Assembly (NCBI GenBank): GCA_965219955.1
Contig: OZ244799.1
Coordinates: 448,001 to 512,000, forward strand
Origin: a bacterium
Lineage (GTDB): Bacteria; UBA8248
Length of the DNA: 64,000 bases
Direction: 5' to 3'
The notes beneath the pieces were generated by a model. The model had not been told where the DNA came from and did no database searches. It saw only the letters and a program-made list of their open reading frames with translations. The position numbers and the translations under genes are program-made. Shown here piece by piece: positions 29,782 through 39,568 of this stretch; the stretch's first letter is position 1, and the number at the start of each line of letters is the position of its first letter.

Positions 29782-31068
29782 CTAGGCCCTTCTCTCGCTG
29801 GCGGGTTCTTTCAGGCCTTTCGCCTCGCAGGAGACGGTGTTGCCCTCGCCGCTGGAGGAGCCGATGACTTCGATGTGGTCGAATTTATCCTTCATCTCGG
29901 CCTTGGATTTTCCGCGCATCACGAACACTTCCGAGATGCAGACGTGGTCGCAGGGGCGAATCTCGCACACGCCCTTGCTGTACTGGAATTTCTTGCCTTC
30001 GAGCACCTTCGCGAGCTTGAAGTGGTCGCGGCGCTTGTAGAGCTTGGTCTCTTTCGCCGTGTCCAGGATCAGCCGCGTGAGGTCGTGGGCGAGCATTCCG
30101 TAGCTCGAGCACGGCCGTTTGCGGCGCGCCAGGAACTTGTCGTTCAGCGTTTTGGCGGCCGGATACTTGCTCGCGAGAGAGGGGTGCCACATCATGGCCG
30201 CGTTGAAGCCCTCGTATGAACCGAGTCCGGCGGCCTCGGGCATGGTGATCTCGGTGGCGCCGAGGACGATCTTCACCTTCTTGTCGAGGCCGGCTTCACG
30301 CGCCTGCTTGACGAATGCGACCTGGCGCTGTCCCCAGTTGAGCGCGTAGACGACGTCGGGCTTCTCTTTCAGGATTCTCGGGAACGTCGCCGAATAGTCC
30401 ATCGAGGTCGGGAAGGGCACCCAGGAGACGGAGCTGTTCGCGTTCCAGGTGAGGTTGAAGTCCTTCGTCAGCTTCTCGAAGGCGGGGATGAACATCTTGG
30501 GCCAGATGTAGTCGTCGAACACGCAGTGGATTTTCTTGCCCAGGTTGTTCTTGGCGATATAGGTGAGCGAACTGGCGCAAAGCTGATACGGCGTGGTGTT
30601 CGCCGTGAAGAACAGGGGCGACATCTTCTTCGCGTTCCCCGGGGTGGACATGATGTGCTGGGGATAGTTCGCATAAATGATATTGCGCTTGCGGGAGAAC
30701 TCGTTCAGGCGCACTTCTTCGGGGCCGACCATGGAGCCCGCGAGGAAGTCGATCCTGTGGTTGTCGATCAAGTCGAGCGCGTGAGTGGTGGTCTGGTCCC
30801 ATTTGAACTGGTCGTCACGGAAGAGCAGCTTGACTTCGCGCCCGTCCACGCCGCCTTCCTTGTTGACGTCCTCGATGGCGATCTTGACGCCTTCCACCTG
30901 GTCGAACGCCTCGGTGGAGTAGGGGCCCGTCGTCGGGTGGATGGAACCCCACTTGATCGGCCGGGCGCCGAGTCCCTCTCTCAGAAACGGGGGCGCCGCC
31001 TGCGCGGCGACGATGCCGCCGATGAGGCCTGCGCCTTTCAGGAATTTTCTTCTGTCCAAACGACTCAT
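29782..31068 (-). CDS. Tat-exported ABC substrate-binding protein (LivK-like)
   Basis: MSRLDRRKFLKG twin-arginine signal; VNKEGGVDGREVKLLFRDD; GGAGG RBS before ATG 31068. Confidence 0.9.
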   Translation of the reverse strand: MSRLDRRKFLKGAGLIGGIVAAQAAPPFLREGLGARPIKWGSIHPTTGPYSTEAFDQVEGVKIAIEDVNKEGGVDGREVKLLFRDDQFKWDQTTTHALDLIDNHRIDFLAGSMVGPEEVRLNEFSRKRNIIYANYPQHIMSTPGNAKKMSPLFFTANTTPYQLCASSLTYIAKNNLGKKIHCVFDDYIWPKMFIPAFEKLTKDFNLTWNANSSVSWVPFPTSMDYSATFPRILKEKPDVVYALNWGQRQVAFVKQAREAGLDKKVKIVLGATEITMPEAAGLGSYEGFNAAMMWHPSLASKYPAAKTLNDKFLARRKRPCSSYGMLAHDLTRLILDTAKETKLYKRRDHFKLAKVLEGKKFQYSKGVCEIRPCDHVCISEVFVMRGKSKAEMKDKFDHIEVIGSSSGEGNTVSCEAKGLKEPASERRA

Positions 31069-31390
31069 GAATCTTCCTCCTTGTGGTGAATGAATGACAT
31101 GAGGACGTTGCATGTATTGCTGCCAATGCCCCTTTGATATGGTTTCGATGCGGAAATCATAGAATCTGGGCATGGCGATGTCAACAACTCAAAAACGGGG
31201 GATTTCCGGCTTTACTATGCAGACAATTTCGTGAGCGGACCGGCGCGTCGGGACGCATTCTTTTTGACATTCAAGAACGCTTGTGTCTCTTATGCCGGGT
31301 CATGCGGCGGACCGTTTTCTCGCCATACGGACTTCGCGGATCATCATCGGTCATCATACATGGAATGATCATCTTTCGAGGAGTATTACA

Positions 31391-31822
31391 ATGTTCAAGA
31401 AGATTCATCACGTGGGACTCATCACGGACGACATGGAGCGAACCACCAAGATGTTCCAGGAAAAGCTCGGCTGCGAGCCGAACCGCGTGCAGGTGGCCGA
31501 CACCGGCTGGGCGCACGCCACGTTCCTGAGGATGGGCGACGTGGAAATCGAGATCATGCAGCCCTACGACCCGGAGAACCTCTACACGAAGATGCTCGAG
31601 CGAAACGGCGGCCCCTGCCTCTCGCACATCGCGCTTTCGGCGCCCGATACGGGCGCGGCGGGCAGGTACTTCACGGACAGCGGCGTGCAGTTCCTGGACG
31701 GCTTCGGCCCGGGCACCTACACCCCCAGAGGGTATGAAATCCTCTTCTTACACCCCGATGAGACCGAAGGCATCGTGATACAGGTGGCCTCCGACGTCCC
31801 CGCAAAGGAATTGGGGTATTGA
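31391..31822 (+). CDS. VOC family protein, methylmalonyl-CoA epimerase-like
   Basis: FKKIHHVG, EIEIMQP, LSHIAL and LFLHPDETEGIVIQ motifs; GAGGAG RBS. Confidence 0.85.
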   Translation: MFKKIHHVGLITDDMERTTKMFQEKLGCEPNRVQVADTGWAHATFLRMGDVEIEIMQPYDPENLYTKMLERNGGPCLSHIALSAPDTGAAGRYFTDSGVQFLDGFGPGTYTPRGYEILFLHPDETEGIVIQVASDVPAKELGY

Positions 31823-31860
31823 GACTATGCGGCAAGAATGAACGGGCGCTTCTCTGCTTT

Positions 31861-32364
31861 GGGGGCTGTTGGAAACACCTGTTTCGGGATTGGTGGCATG
31901 GAGGTTCATACGGCGCAGGCGCGATGGTTTTGTAGGGACAGGCCTCCGTGCCTGTCCTGCCCTTCGTGGTTGTCCTTCGTCAGGACAGGCACGGAGGCCT
32001 GTCCCTACGGTGAACAATTCGATGATCGGGATTCCCTCCTCAAGGGGGGGAGTGATTCTTGCTCCCTCATCGGTCGCCCCAAACCCTCATCCTGAGTAGG
32101 CGCGAAAGCGCCGTATCGAAGGATGGAAGGCGCAAACTTCGCCTTTCGACAGGCTCGGTACAGGCCCCTTCGATACGCCGCCTCCGGCGGCTACTCAGGG
32201 TGAGGGGTATCGGGGAACGGCGGAGCCTGCCCCGAGCAAAGTCAAGGGGCCGCTACTCAGGGTGAGGCGGAGCGGCGGGTTGCTCGGGATGAGAGAGGCA
32301 TTACGCGCCGGGGGGGGGAATGCGCCGCAAGCGCTATTCCCTCGGGGTCTTTTTCAACAGCCCC
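31861..32364. mobile_element. TIR-bracketed composite of REP doublet, family C half and family D
   Basis: GGGGCTGTTGGAAA...TTTTTCAACAGCCCC; 31895-32033 is an inverted homolog of ~61872-62030. Confidence 0.6.
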
Positions 32365-32427
32365 TCAGGGGGAGGATAGGCATATCGGGGAAGATGCGGG
32401 ACTGCAGGGGAAGTCGGGGATTCGGGC

Positions 32428-33159
32428 TTATACCCCGAGGTAGTATTTCTTCACGAGTTCGTGGCCGACGAGGGCTTCGGTGTTCTCGCCCGCGAAGGCG
32501 ATCTCCCCGTGGACGATGATGTAGCCCCTGTCGGCTATCTTGACCGCCTGGTTGAAGTTCTGCTCGGCCATGAGGACGGTGAGCTGGTATTCTTCTTTCA
32601 ACTCGCGGATCTTGGCGATCACCCGGTTCACGAGGATGGGCGCGAGACCCACCGAGGGTTCGTCCACCAGGAGCACCTTGGGCGCGGACATGAGCGCGCG
32701 GGCCACGGCCAGCATCTGCTGCTCGCCCCCGCTCATGCTGCCGGCGAGCTGGTTCTTGCGCTCGGCGAGCACCGGGAAGGCCTCGAAGGAGAAGGCGAGG
32801 TTTCTGTCGATGCCGCGGCGGGCTTCCTCGCGATAGGCGCCCAGGAGGAGGTTCTCCTCCACCGTCAGGCGCGGGAACAGGCGTCTGCCCTCCGGTACGA
32901 GCGCCACGCCCAGGTTCACGATTTCCTCGGGGTTCCGGCCCGCCAGGTTGATTCGCTCGCCGTCGGCTTCGAGATAAATCTCGCCCTCATCGGGCTGGAT
33001 GATGCCCATGATGCACTTGATGAGGGTGCTCTTGCCGTTGCCGTTGGTGCCCAGGAGCACCACGGTCTCCCCGTCGTTCACCTCGATGGAGACTCCGTGC
33101 AGCACGCGCACTGCCCCGTAGCCCGCGGATACGTTGTCGACGACGATGCTATGCGCCAA
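32428..33159 (-). CDS. ABC ATPase (LivF-like)
   Basis: GTNGNGKST, MSGGEQQML and DEPSVGL motifs; TTG start 33159. Confidence 0.92.
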   Translation of the reverse strand: MAHSIVVDNVSAGYGAVRVLHGVSIEVNDGETVVLLGTNGNGKSTLIKCIMGIIQPDEGEIYLEADGERINLAGRNPEEIVNLGVALVPEGRRLFPRLTVEENLLLGAYREEARRGIDRNLAFSFEAFPVLAERKNQLAGSMSGGEQQMLAVARALMSAPKVLLVDEPSVGLAPILVNRVIAKIRELKEEYQLTVLMAEQNFNQAVKIADRGYIIVHGEIAFAGENTEALVGHELVKKYYLGV

Positions 33160-33877
33160 GGTAGGCCCTTTCCACGTCCTTGTTGTTGACGATCTCATCG
33201 GGCGTCCCCTCGGCGATCTTCTCCCCGGCGTCGAGGACGACGATGCGCTCCGAGAAGTTCATGACTGCCCGCATGATGTGCTCGATCATGATGACGGTGA
33301 GGCCCTCTTCGTTCAGTCGCACGAGAATTTCGAGAATGTCGTCCACCTCGGTGTTCGAGAGACCCGCCATGGCCTCGTCCGATATGAGGAGCTTCGGCTT
33401 GGCCGCCATGGCGCGGGCGAGTTCGAGCTTTCTCAGCTCGATCTGCGTGAGCCCCCCGGTCCGCACGTCGGCTTTGTCCGCCATGCTCATGAGTTCGAGT
33501 ATCTCCATGGCCTCGCCGCGCAGCTCCACCCCGTGGGAGTGCTGGTGGGCGGCGTATTCGAGCGGGATGCAGAGGTTCTCGAGCACCGTCATGCTGACGA
33601 AGGGCTTGGGAATCTGGAAGCTGCGGGCGATGCCCAGCCGTGTTCGCTGGTAGGCGGGCATCCTGGTGATGTCATGGCCCGCGAAGACGATGTTCCCCTC
33701 GTCGTTGGCCAAAGCGCCCGAAATGCAGTTGATCATCGTCGTCTTGCCCGAGCCGTTGGGGCCGATGAGGCCGAAACGCTCGTTTTCCTTTACGTGCAGA
33801 TCGACTCTGGTGAGCGCGCTGAATCCGCCGAAGCGCTTCGTCACGCCGTTCACGTCGAGGAGGTTTTCGCTCATCAC
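33149..33877 (-). CDS. ABC ATPase (LivG-like)
   Basis: GPNGSGKTT, DEAMAGL and IEHIM motifs. Confidence 0.92.
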   Translation of the reverse strand: MMSENLLDVNGVTKRFGGFSALTRVDLHVKENERFGLIGPNGSGKTTMINCISGALANDEGNIVFAGHDITRMPAYQRTRLGIARSFQIPKPFVSMTVLENLCIPLEYAAHQHSHGVELRGEAMEILELMSMADKADVRTGGLTQIELRKLELARAMAAKPKLLISDEAMAGLSNTEVDDILEILVRLNEEGLTVIMIEHIMRAVMNFSERIVVLDAGEKIAEGTPDEIVNNKDVERAYLGA

Positions 33878-34833
33878 GCCTCCCTCCCCGCCAGGCGCGC
33901 GCGAATCTTGCCGAACAGGCCCACGAGGCCGTCGGGCGCGAACACCACGAAGCCCACGAGCAGGCTGCCCACGATGAGCAGGTTCATCTCAGACGATAGG
34001 GTGACGGTGGCTATCTGCTGGGCCGTGCCGACGAGAACGGCGCCGACCAGCGGACCCAGCCAGGTGGTGGTTCCGCCGATCATGGGCATGGCGAGGCTGT
34101 TCACGGCGTAGTCGAGGTGAAACGCCGAGGTGGGTTCGATGTAGACGACGAAATAGGAAAACGGCGCTCCCGCGACTCCCATTAGCGCGCCGCTCACCGT
34201 GGTGGCGAACAGCTTGAGCTTGAGGATGGGCACGCCCATGCACTCGGCCGCTTCCTCGTTGTCGCGGATGGCGGCCATTCCCCGGCCTATCCAGGATTTC
34301 TCGATGAGCCAGGCGACGGCCACGGCGATCACCGCGAGCGCCGCCATGACGAAGAAGAGGAACTCGTCGTAGTTCGAGAACAGCGGCACGCTCCTGGGTT
34401 TCAGGATGGCCGTGCCCGCGCCCCCGCCCACATAGCTCCAGTTCGAGATGATCATCTGGAGCACGACAGCCAGCGCGAGGGTGGCGATGGAGAAGAAGAC
34501 GCCCCTGAGTCTCAGGGTCAGGTAGCCGATACCGAGCCCCAGAAGACCCGAGACGAGGCCGCCCGTGACGAGCAGCACGTAGAGGGGCGGCTTCCAGGTC
34601 TTGATGAGCGCCACGGCGGTGTAGGCGCCCATGGCGAAGAACGCCGCCGTGCCGAAGTTCACGTAGCCGGTGTAGCCGCCCAGGATGTTCCAGGCGGTGG
34701 CCAGGACGACGTATTGCAGCACGACGTAGGCCGCCTTGTAATAGAAGCGGTTTTCCATCTGGGTCGTGATGAGGAAGGCTCCGACGATCAGTACGGCGGC
34801 CACAATCAGGAAGAGCTTCCTTTCCTTGCTCAA
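33874..34833 (-). CDS. ABC permease (LivM-like)
   Basis: AWNILGGYTGYVNFG, LRLRGVFFSIATL and AIRDNEEAA motifs. Confidence 0.92.
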   Translation of the reverse strand: MSKERKLFLIVAAVLIVGAFLITTQMENRFYYKAAYVVLQYVVLATAWNILGGYTGYVNFGTAAFFAMGAYTAVALIKTWKPPLYVLLVTGGLVSGLLGLGIGYLTLRLRGVFFSIATLALAVVLQMIISNWSYVGGGAGTAILKPRSVPLFSNYDEFLFFVMAALAVIAVAVAWLIEKSWIGRGMAAIRDNEEAAECMGVPILKLKLFATTVSGALMGVAGAPFSYFVVYIEPTSAFHLDYAVNSLAMPMIGGTTTWLGPLVGAVLVGTAQQIATVTLSSEMNLLIVGSLLVGFVVFAPDGLVGLFGKIRARLAGREA

Positions 34834-34837
34834 GGAG

Positions 34838-35710
34838 CTACCTCCCGAACAGGCCGGACGGCCGGACCGCCAGGCAGATGAGCAGAATGCCGAACGAGAC
34901 GGCCAGCGCCCACGAGGGGCCGAAGAATGAAGAGGTGAAGCTCTCCGCTACGCCCAGGATGAGCCCGCCCACGAGCGTGCCCGTCATGCTGCCCAGCCCG
35001 CCGAGCACGGTGACCGCGAACACGCGGCCGATGTATTCGCGCCCGATGGTCGGCTCGACCGGACCGATGATGATGAGCAGGGAACCCGCGATCACGGCGG
35101 TGGCGATGCCGATGCCGAAGGCGACCGTCTTGATGCGGATGGGGTCGACCCCCATGAGCTGGACGGCGAGGCTGTCCTGCGCCACGCCCATGATGGCGCG
35201 GCCGAAAAAGGTTTTTGTGAGAAACAGGTAGAGGACGGCGGCGAGTATCCCCCCCACGAGGAAGGGTACGAACAGCCGGTAGGCGATTCCGATCGGGCCG
35301 ATGGAGGTGGACTGGCCGATGTAGAACGCGCGGACGAGGCGGTAGTCCACCCCGAAGGTGATGATGAGTATAACCTCGATGAGGAAAAAGAGTCCGAAGA
35401 AGAACACCAGTCCGCGCAGGGATTCCGCTCCCGTTTTTTCAAAGCTGTTGTAGTAGATTCGGTATACCGCAACCCCTACGAAATAGGCGGGAAAGGCGAA
35501 GACAACGCCTGCGAGTATCGGGTCGACTCCGAAGTGCTCGTTCACGTAGAAGGTAAGATAGGAGCCGAAAATGATGAAGGCCGGATGAGCGATGTTCACG
35601 ACGTCCAGCAAACCGAAGGAGAGCGAAAGGCCGGCGCTCATCGCTGCGTAGAAACCACCCAGCAGGAGGCCCGCAATGAGCGCGTTCAACAAGAATTCGA
35701 TGCTGAGCAT
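34838..35710 (-). CDS. ABC permease (LivH-like)
   Basis: GLSLSFGLLDVVNIAH, VLGGLGS and VRPSGLFG motifs. Confidence 0.92.
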   Translation of the reverse strand: MLSIEFLLNALIAGLLLGGFYAAMSAGLSLSFGLLDVVNIAHPAFIIFGSYLTFYVNEHFGVDPILAGVVFAFPAYFVGVAVYRIYYNSFEKTGAESLRGLVFFFGLFFLIEVILIITFGVDYRLVRAFYIGQSTSIGPIGIAYRLFVPFLVGGILAAVLYLFLTKTFFGRAIMGVAQDSLAVQLMGVDPIRIKTVAFGIGIATAVIAGSLLIIIGPVEPTIGREYIGRVFAVTVLGGLGSMTGTLVGGLILGVAESFTSSFFGPSWALAVSFGILLICLAVRPSGLFGR

Positions 35711-35739
35711 GCGTGCTCTCCTCCCGCGAGCCGGACGCG

Positions 35740-35764
35740 GACCGGGGGGCGTCGCCCCCCGGTC
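35740..35764 (-). promoter_or_regulatory. Intra-operon hairpin after the SBP gene
   Basis: Perfect 11-bp stem GACCGGGGGGC-GTC-GCCCCCCGGTC with no U tract. Confidence 0.5.
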
Positions 35765-35784
35765 ACGATATTATGTCCGGTTCG

Positions 35785-37044
35785 TTACTTGCCTTTCGCG
35801 TATGGGTAGATGAAGTTTCCGGACTTGAACTCCTCGGGATACACCACCACCATCTTTCCTGCTTTGCTGAACTCGCTCATCTTGTTGCTCTCGATGTTCT
35901 GGAGCTGCACCTGGAACGTCCTGGAAGTCGCCCATTCGCCGTTCTTGCCGAACTTCACGTCTCCGACCACGGTCGAATGGGTGTTGTTGCGGATGTAGGC
36001 GCCGACCTTCGCCTGATCGAAGCTCTTGGTGGCCTCGATCGCATTTCCGAGTAGTTGCACGTAGGCGTAGGCGAACGGCGGCAGGTAGTAGCCCAGCGGG
36101 TCGAGTTTCTGTTTGGGCGCTTCTTTCTGGTATTTCGCCAGGAAGGCTTCGATGCCGGGGAACTTCAGGGTCTTCTCCGGCGCCCAGAACCAGTAGTCCG
36201 TGATGCCGTTCAGCAGTTTGCCGAGGTTCATCTGGATGGCGGTGTACTGGAGTCCCACCATGCCGCCGCCGAAGAGCTTGGGTTCCAGTTTGATCTCATG
36301 TGCGGCCTTCACGATGCCCACCGAACCTCCCGGATAGGAACCCACGTAGAAGAGGTCCGGGTTCGCGGCCTTGACGGCGCGCAGAATCGGCGTGAAGTCG
36401 GTCGTGCCGGGGAAGGGGTAGCGCTTGTCGTAGACGATCTTGAAGCCGAATTTCTTCGCGTTCCGGCGGGCGCCGGCCACGGCGTTGCGCGCGAATTCCG
36501 CATCCGCCGAGAGCAGCGCGATCGTCTTGGGACGGGGCTTTTGCTTCGCTGCGAGTTCGAAGAAGCCGCGCGACCAGTCCACGATGGGGTCGGGGCCGGC
36601 CGGCATGATCTGGAAGTAGTTGTTGTATTTGAACTTCGCGTTCGCATCCAGGCCGAACAGGCCCATGAACACCATGCCGCGCTCCATCGCGATGGGCAGG
36701 GCGGGAACGATGAGGTTCGTCCCGTAGCCCGATACGATGAAGTCCACCTTGTCCACGTCGAGCAGCTTGGCGTAGATGCCCGGTACGTTGGCCGGCTTTG
36801 TCTGATCATCGTAATAGACCAGCTTGACCTTGCGGCCGAGTAGCCCGCCCTTGGCGTTCACGTCGTCGCGCCAGATCTGCATGGCCAGAAGCGCCGCCTT
36901 GCCCGCGGGGCCGAGCGGTCCTGTCAGCGCCATGCTGAAGCCGATTTTCACTTCCTTGGCCGCATGCGCCGCGGGCGTGAAGGCGATGCTCACCGCGAGG
37001 AGCAGCGCAAACCCGAGAATGACGTGCCTGATTATCCTGCCCAT
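35785..37044 (-). CDS. ABC substrate-binding protein (LivK-like)
   Basis: Sec signal ending AAHA; KIGFSMALTG and VNAKGGLLGRKVKLVYYDD motifs; ATG 37044 after GAGGGAG. Confidence 0.92.
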   Translation of the reverse strand: MGRIIRHVILGFALLLAVSIAFTPAAHAAKEVKIGFSMALTGPLGPAGKAALLAMQIWRDDVNAKGGLLGRKVKLVYYDDQTKPANVPGIYAKLLDVDKVDFIVSGYGTNLIVPALPIAMERGMVFMGLFGLDANAKFKYNNYFQIMPAGPDPIVDWSRGFFELAAKQKPRPKTIALLSADAEFARNAVAGARRNAKKFGFKIVYDKRYPFPGTTDFTPILRAVKAANPDLFYVGSYPGGSVGIVKAAHEIKLEPKLFGGGMVGLQYTAIQMNLGKLLNGITDYWFWAPEKTLKFPGIEAFLAKYQKEAPKQKLDPLGYYLPPFAYAYVQLLGNAIEATKSFDQAKVGAYIRNNTHSTVVGDVKFGKNGEWATSRTFQVQLQNIESNKMSEFSKAGKMVVVYPEEFKSGNFIYPYAKGK

Positions 37045-37331
37045 TTTTTTCTCCCTCTCGATTTCAACTAAAGAGCCTTGGTTTCGAGACGCCACACCGC
37101 ACGAGGCGCGGCAACAAATTCACATTTCCATTTCATTGATTCGGCGGCGAAATTTACCACAAAACAATCCGCTTCACAATAACTCAAAAATCATAACGGG
37201 ATTTCAGGGAGAAAGTACGGGTGAAGAGGAGCAGTCCTTTCGAGCAGGTGCGAGGGATCAACTCGGGAGAGCCAGCGCACCACTGAACGGTGAAATGCCT
37301 GGGATAGTACGTCTAATGTTGACTTGCCGCC

Positions 37332-38609
37332 TTACGCCTTCACCCTCTCATTCGCGAGATGCGCGATGGCGGAGGCGAGGATTTCCGCACCTTTCACCAT
37401 GTCGTCAAAGTGCGTGAACTCCTCAGGCGTGTGCGAGAGCCCGTCCACCGAGGGGATGAACACCATGCCCATCGGGCAAATCGCCGCCATGCGGCAGGCG
37501 TCGTGCACGCCGCCGCTCGAGAGCGTGAGCGAAGCGTGGCCCGTCTCTTCGGAAGCGCGCCGGAGCGCCTTTTGAATGTTATTGGACGCGGGGCATACGG
37601 CCAGTTTCTTCACGTCGGAGAGGCGGCCCAGAACGCCGCGTTCCTTCTCGATGGCGGCGAGCGTCTTTTCCATGCGAGAGAGAGTGCGCTCCATCACCGC
37701 CTGGCTCCTGCTCCTGAGATCAAAGGAAAGCCTCGCGCCTCCGGGCACGATGGACACCCACCCCGGGAGCGCCTCCATCTCGCCGAAGGTGATCGTCAGC
37801 CGCTGGGAGTCGGGCGCGCGGTTCACGAGAGTTTCCATGCGCACCATGAAGTCCGCCGCCGCGATGCCGGCGTCTTTTCGGTAGGGCATGGGCTGTCCGC
37901 CCGAGTGCGCCGTGACGCCGGTAAAATGCACCTCGCCCCTCGTGTATCCCACCACCCTGTCCACGATGCCGATGGGCACCTCGGCCGATTCGAGCACCGG
38001 CCCCTGTTCGATGTGAAGCTCGAGAAATGCCTTGAGCGAACCATCCTTAATGCGGCATGAGCGAACACGCGCGGGATTGCCTCCCACCGCCTCGATGGCC
38101 TCATACAGCGATTTTCCGGTGGGCGGATGCACCGTGTTCTTCAAGTCCTTCACGCCCACGACGCCCGTGGCGACGCTGCTGCCGAACACCGTCATCCCGC
38201 AGGCGGATTCCTCCCCGATGAAGGCCACTATCTCGATGGGGTGATCGTGGTCGAGTCCCGTTTCCTCGATGCGCCGGAACGCTTCGAGAGCAGTGAGAAC
38301 GCCCGCGGGTCCGTCGAATCGCCCGCCCGGGCTTTGGGAATCGAGGTGAGAACCCGCCATCACGGCGGGAAGCCCGCGCACGCGGCCCTCTTTTCTTCCG
38401 TATAGATTCCCCACGGCGTCGACGCGCGTTGCGAGGCCCGCCGCCTTCATCCAGTCCTCTGCGAGGTCTCGCACTTCGTTGTAGACCGGTGTGAAGGCCA
38501 CGCGGTCGAGGCCCGTTTTTCCGAATTTGCCGATCTTCGCCTGGGCGTTGAACTCACGCCTCATGCGGGCGCGGTTCGCGCGGAAGGGGAACGTGTCTTT
38601 TGAGGGCAT
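37332..38609 (-). CDS. Zn-dependent amidohydrolase, allantoate/N-carbamoyl-amino-acid hydrolase family (M20)
   Basis: DAVGNLYG, GSHLDS..GGRFDG, ELHIEQGPVLE, SGGVHDA and GLSHTPEE motifs. Confidence 0.92.
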   Translation of the reverse strand: MPSKDTFPFRANRARMRREFNAQAKIGKFGKTGLDRVAFTPVYNEVRDLAEDWMKAAGLATRVDAVGNLYGRKEGRVRGLPAVMAGSHLDSQSPGGRFDGPAGVLTALEAFRRIEETGLDHDHPIEIVAFIGEESACGMTVFGSSVATGVVGVKDLKNTVHPPTGKSLYEAIEAVGGNPARVRSCRIKDGSLKAFLELHIEQGPVLESAEVPIGIVDRVVGYTRGEVHFTGVTAHSGGQPMPYRKDAGIAAADFMVRMETLVNRAPDSQRLTITFGEMEALPGWVSIVPGGARLSFDLRSRSQAVMERTLSRMEKTLAAIEKERGVLGRLSDVKKLAVCPASNNIQKALRRASEETGHASLTLSSGGVHDACRMAAICPMGMVFIPSVDGLSHTPEEFTHFDDMVKGAEILASAIAHLANERVKA

Positions 38610-38639
38610 CAGACGGTCTCCTGGAAATAGAAACTTGAA

Positions 38640-39392
38640 CTAAAAGAGATCCTTGGGCACGGGCACTTCTTCGTAGTCCTCGGGCCTGAGCGGATTTTCC
38701 GGCTCCATCTCCAGCATCCCGAAATAGTGGTAGGTTTGCCGAAGATGCTGAAAGGCGTGTCCCAGGGAGAGGATCATCAACTCATGGACGGTGATGGGCC
38801 CCATGTAGCTCGATACTTTCGTCGCCAGCGCCTCGCCGCCGTCCGTGAGGAATTCGGTGAGCTTGCCCTGTATTTCATCTCCGTAGGCGCAGATGTCTTC
38901 GGTGGTATCGTAATCGTTCGCCATCGTTTCATACCGCCGCACCATTTCCTCGGTGTATTCCCCTGATGCGTGGGCCTGCATCACCAGGTCCGGACGTTCG
39001 AAGCTGTGCCAGGTGAGTTGGCGAAGCGAGCGGGGCCTGCCCGGAGATATCCAGTCGAGGGTTTCGTGTGGTATCTGGCGGACCACGCGGCGCAGGGCGT
39101 CGAAGACCATCTCGAAGTAGTGGAGCATTTTTTCGGACGAGAGGGGGCCTGCGCCTTCCCCTTCGATGTCGAAAGCCTCGCGAAGCGCATCCACGTCATA
39201 GCCCACTACTACGTTCTCTCCGCGCACGGCGACGGGCAGGGACTTGATGCCGAGCGCCTTTAGTTCCGCTTGGGCCTCTGCGTCGTTCGTGCAGTCTCTG
39301 TTGACGACTTCCAGACCGCTGGACGAGAGAAACTCTCTCGTAAGGGCGCAGGTGTATCACCCGTGGCGCGTATAGACTTTGACGGCTTCCAT
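38640..39392 (-). CDS. Putative selenoprotein: UxxC glutaredoxin-like domain fused to DinB/YfiT domain (250 aa)
   Basis: GGAG RBS, ATG 39392, MEAVKVYTRHG-TGA-YTCALTREFL...GIKSLPVAV..VVGYD in frame with the 38640..39227 ORF (SLRQLTWH, GHAFQH). Confidence 0.85.
39323..39341 (-). promoter_or_regulatory. Bacterial SECIS-like hairpin
   Basis: ACGAGAGA-GUU-UCUCUCGU; loop G lies 24 nt after the UGA at 39359-39357. Confidence 0.75.
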
Positions 39393-39568
39393 CGCTTTTC
39401 TCCCAAATGAGCACGTAAGTAATTTCGGTTTGTGGCTGAAGCATAGCAAAACGATGGATATGAGAAAAACTGCCTCGTGCGCTTTGGCGAAAAAGGCCGC
39501 GTGTTTTACTATCCCGAAATCAAGGCGCGCGCGGTTTGACGTTTTTGGTTTTGAACAGCGAGACTCCG

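Noticed and set aside
22584-36878. Inferring MTase specificity from AGATCT avoidance
   Set aside because: AGATCT occurs in the window (about 22584 and 36873), and a recently acquired island would not shape site counts; specificity is left open
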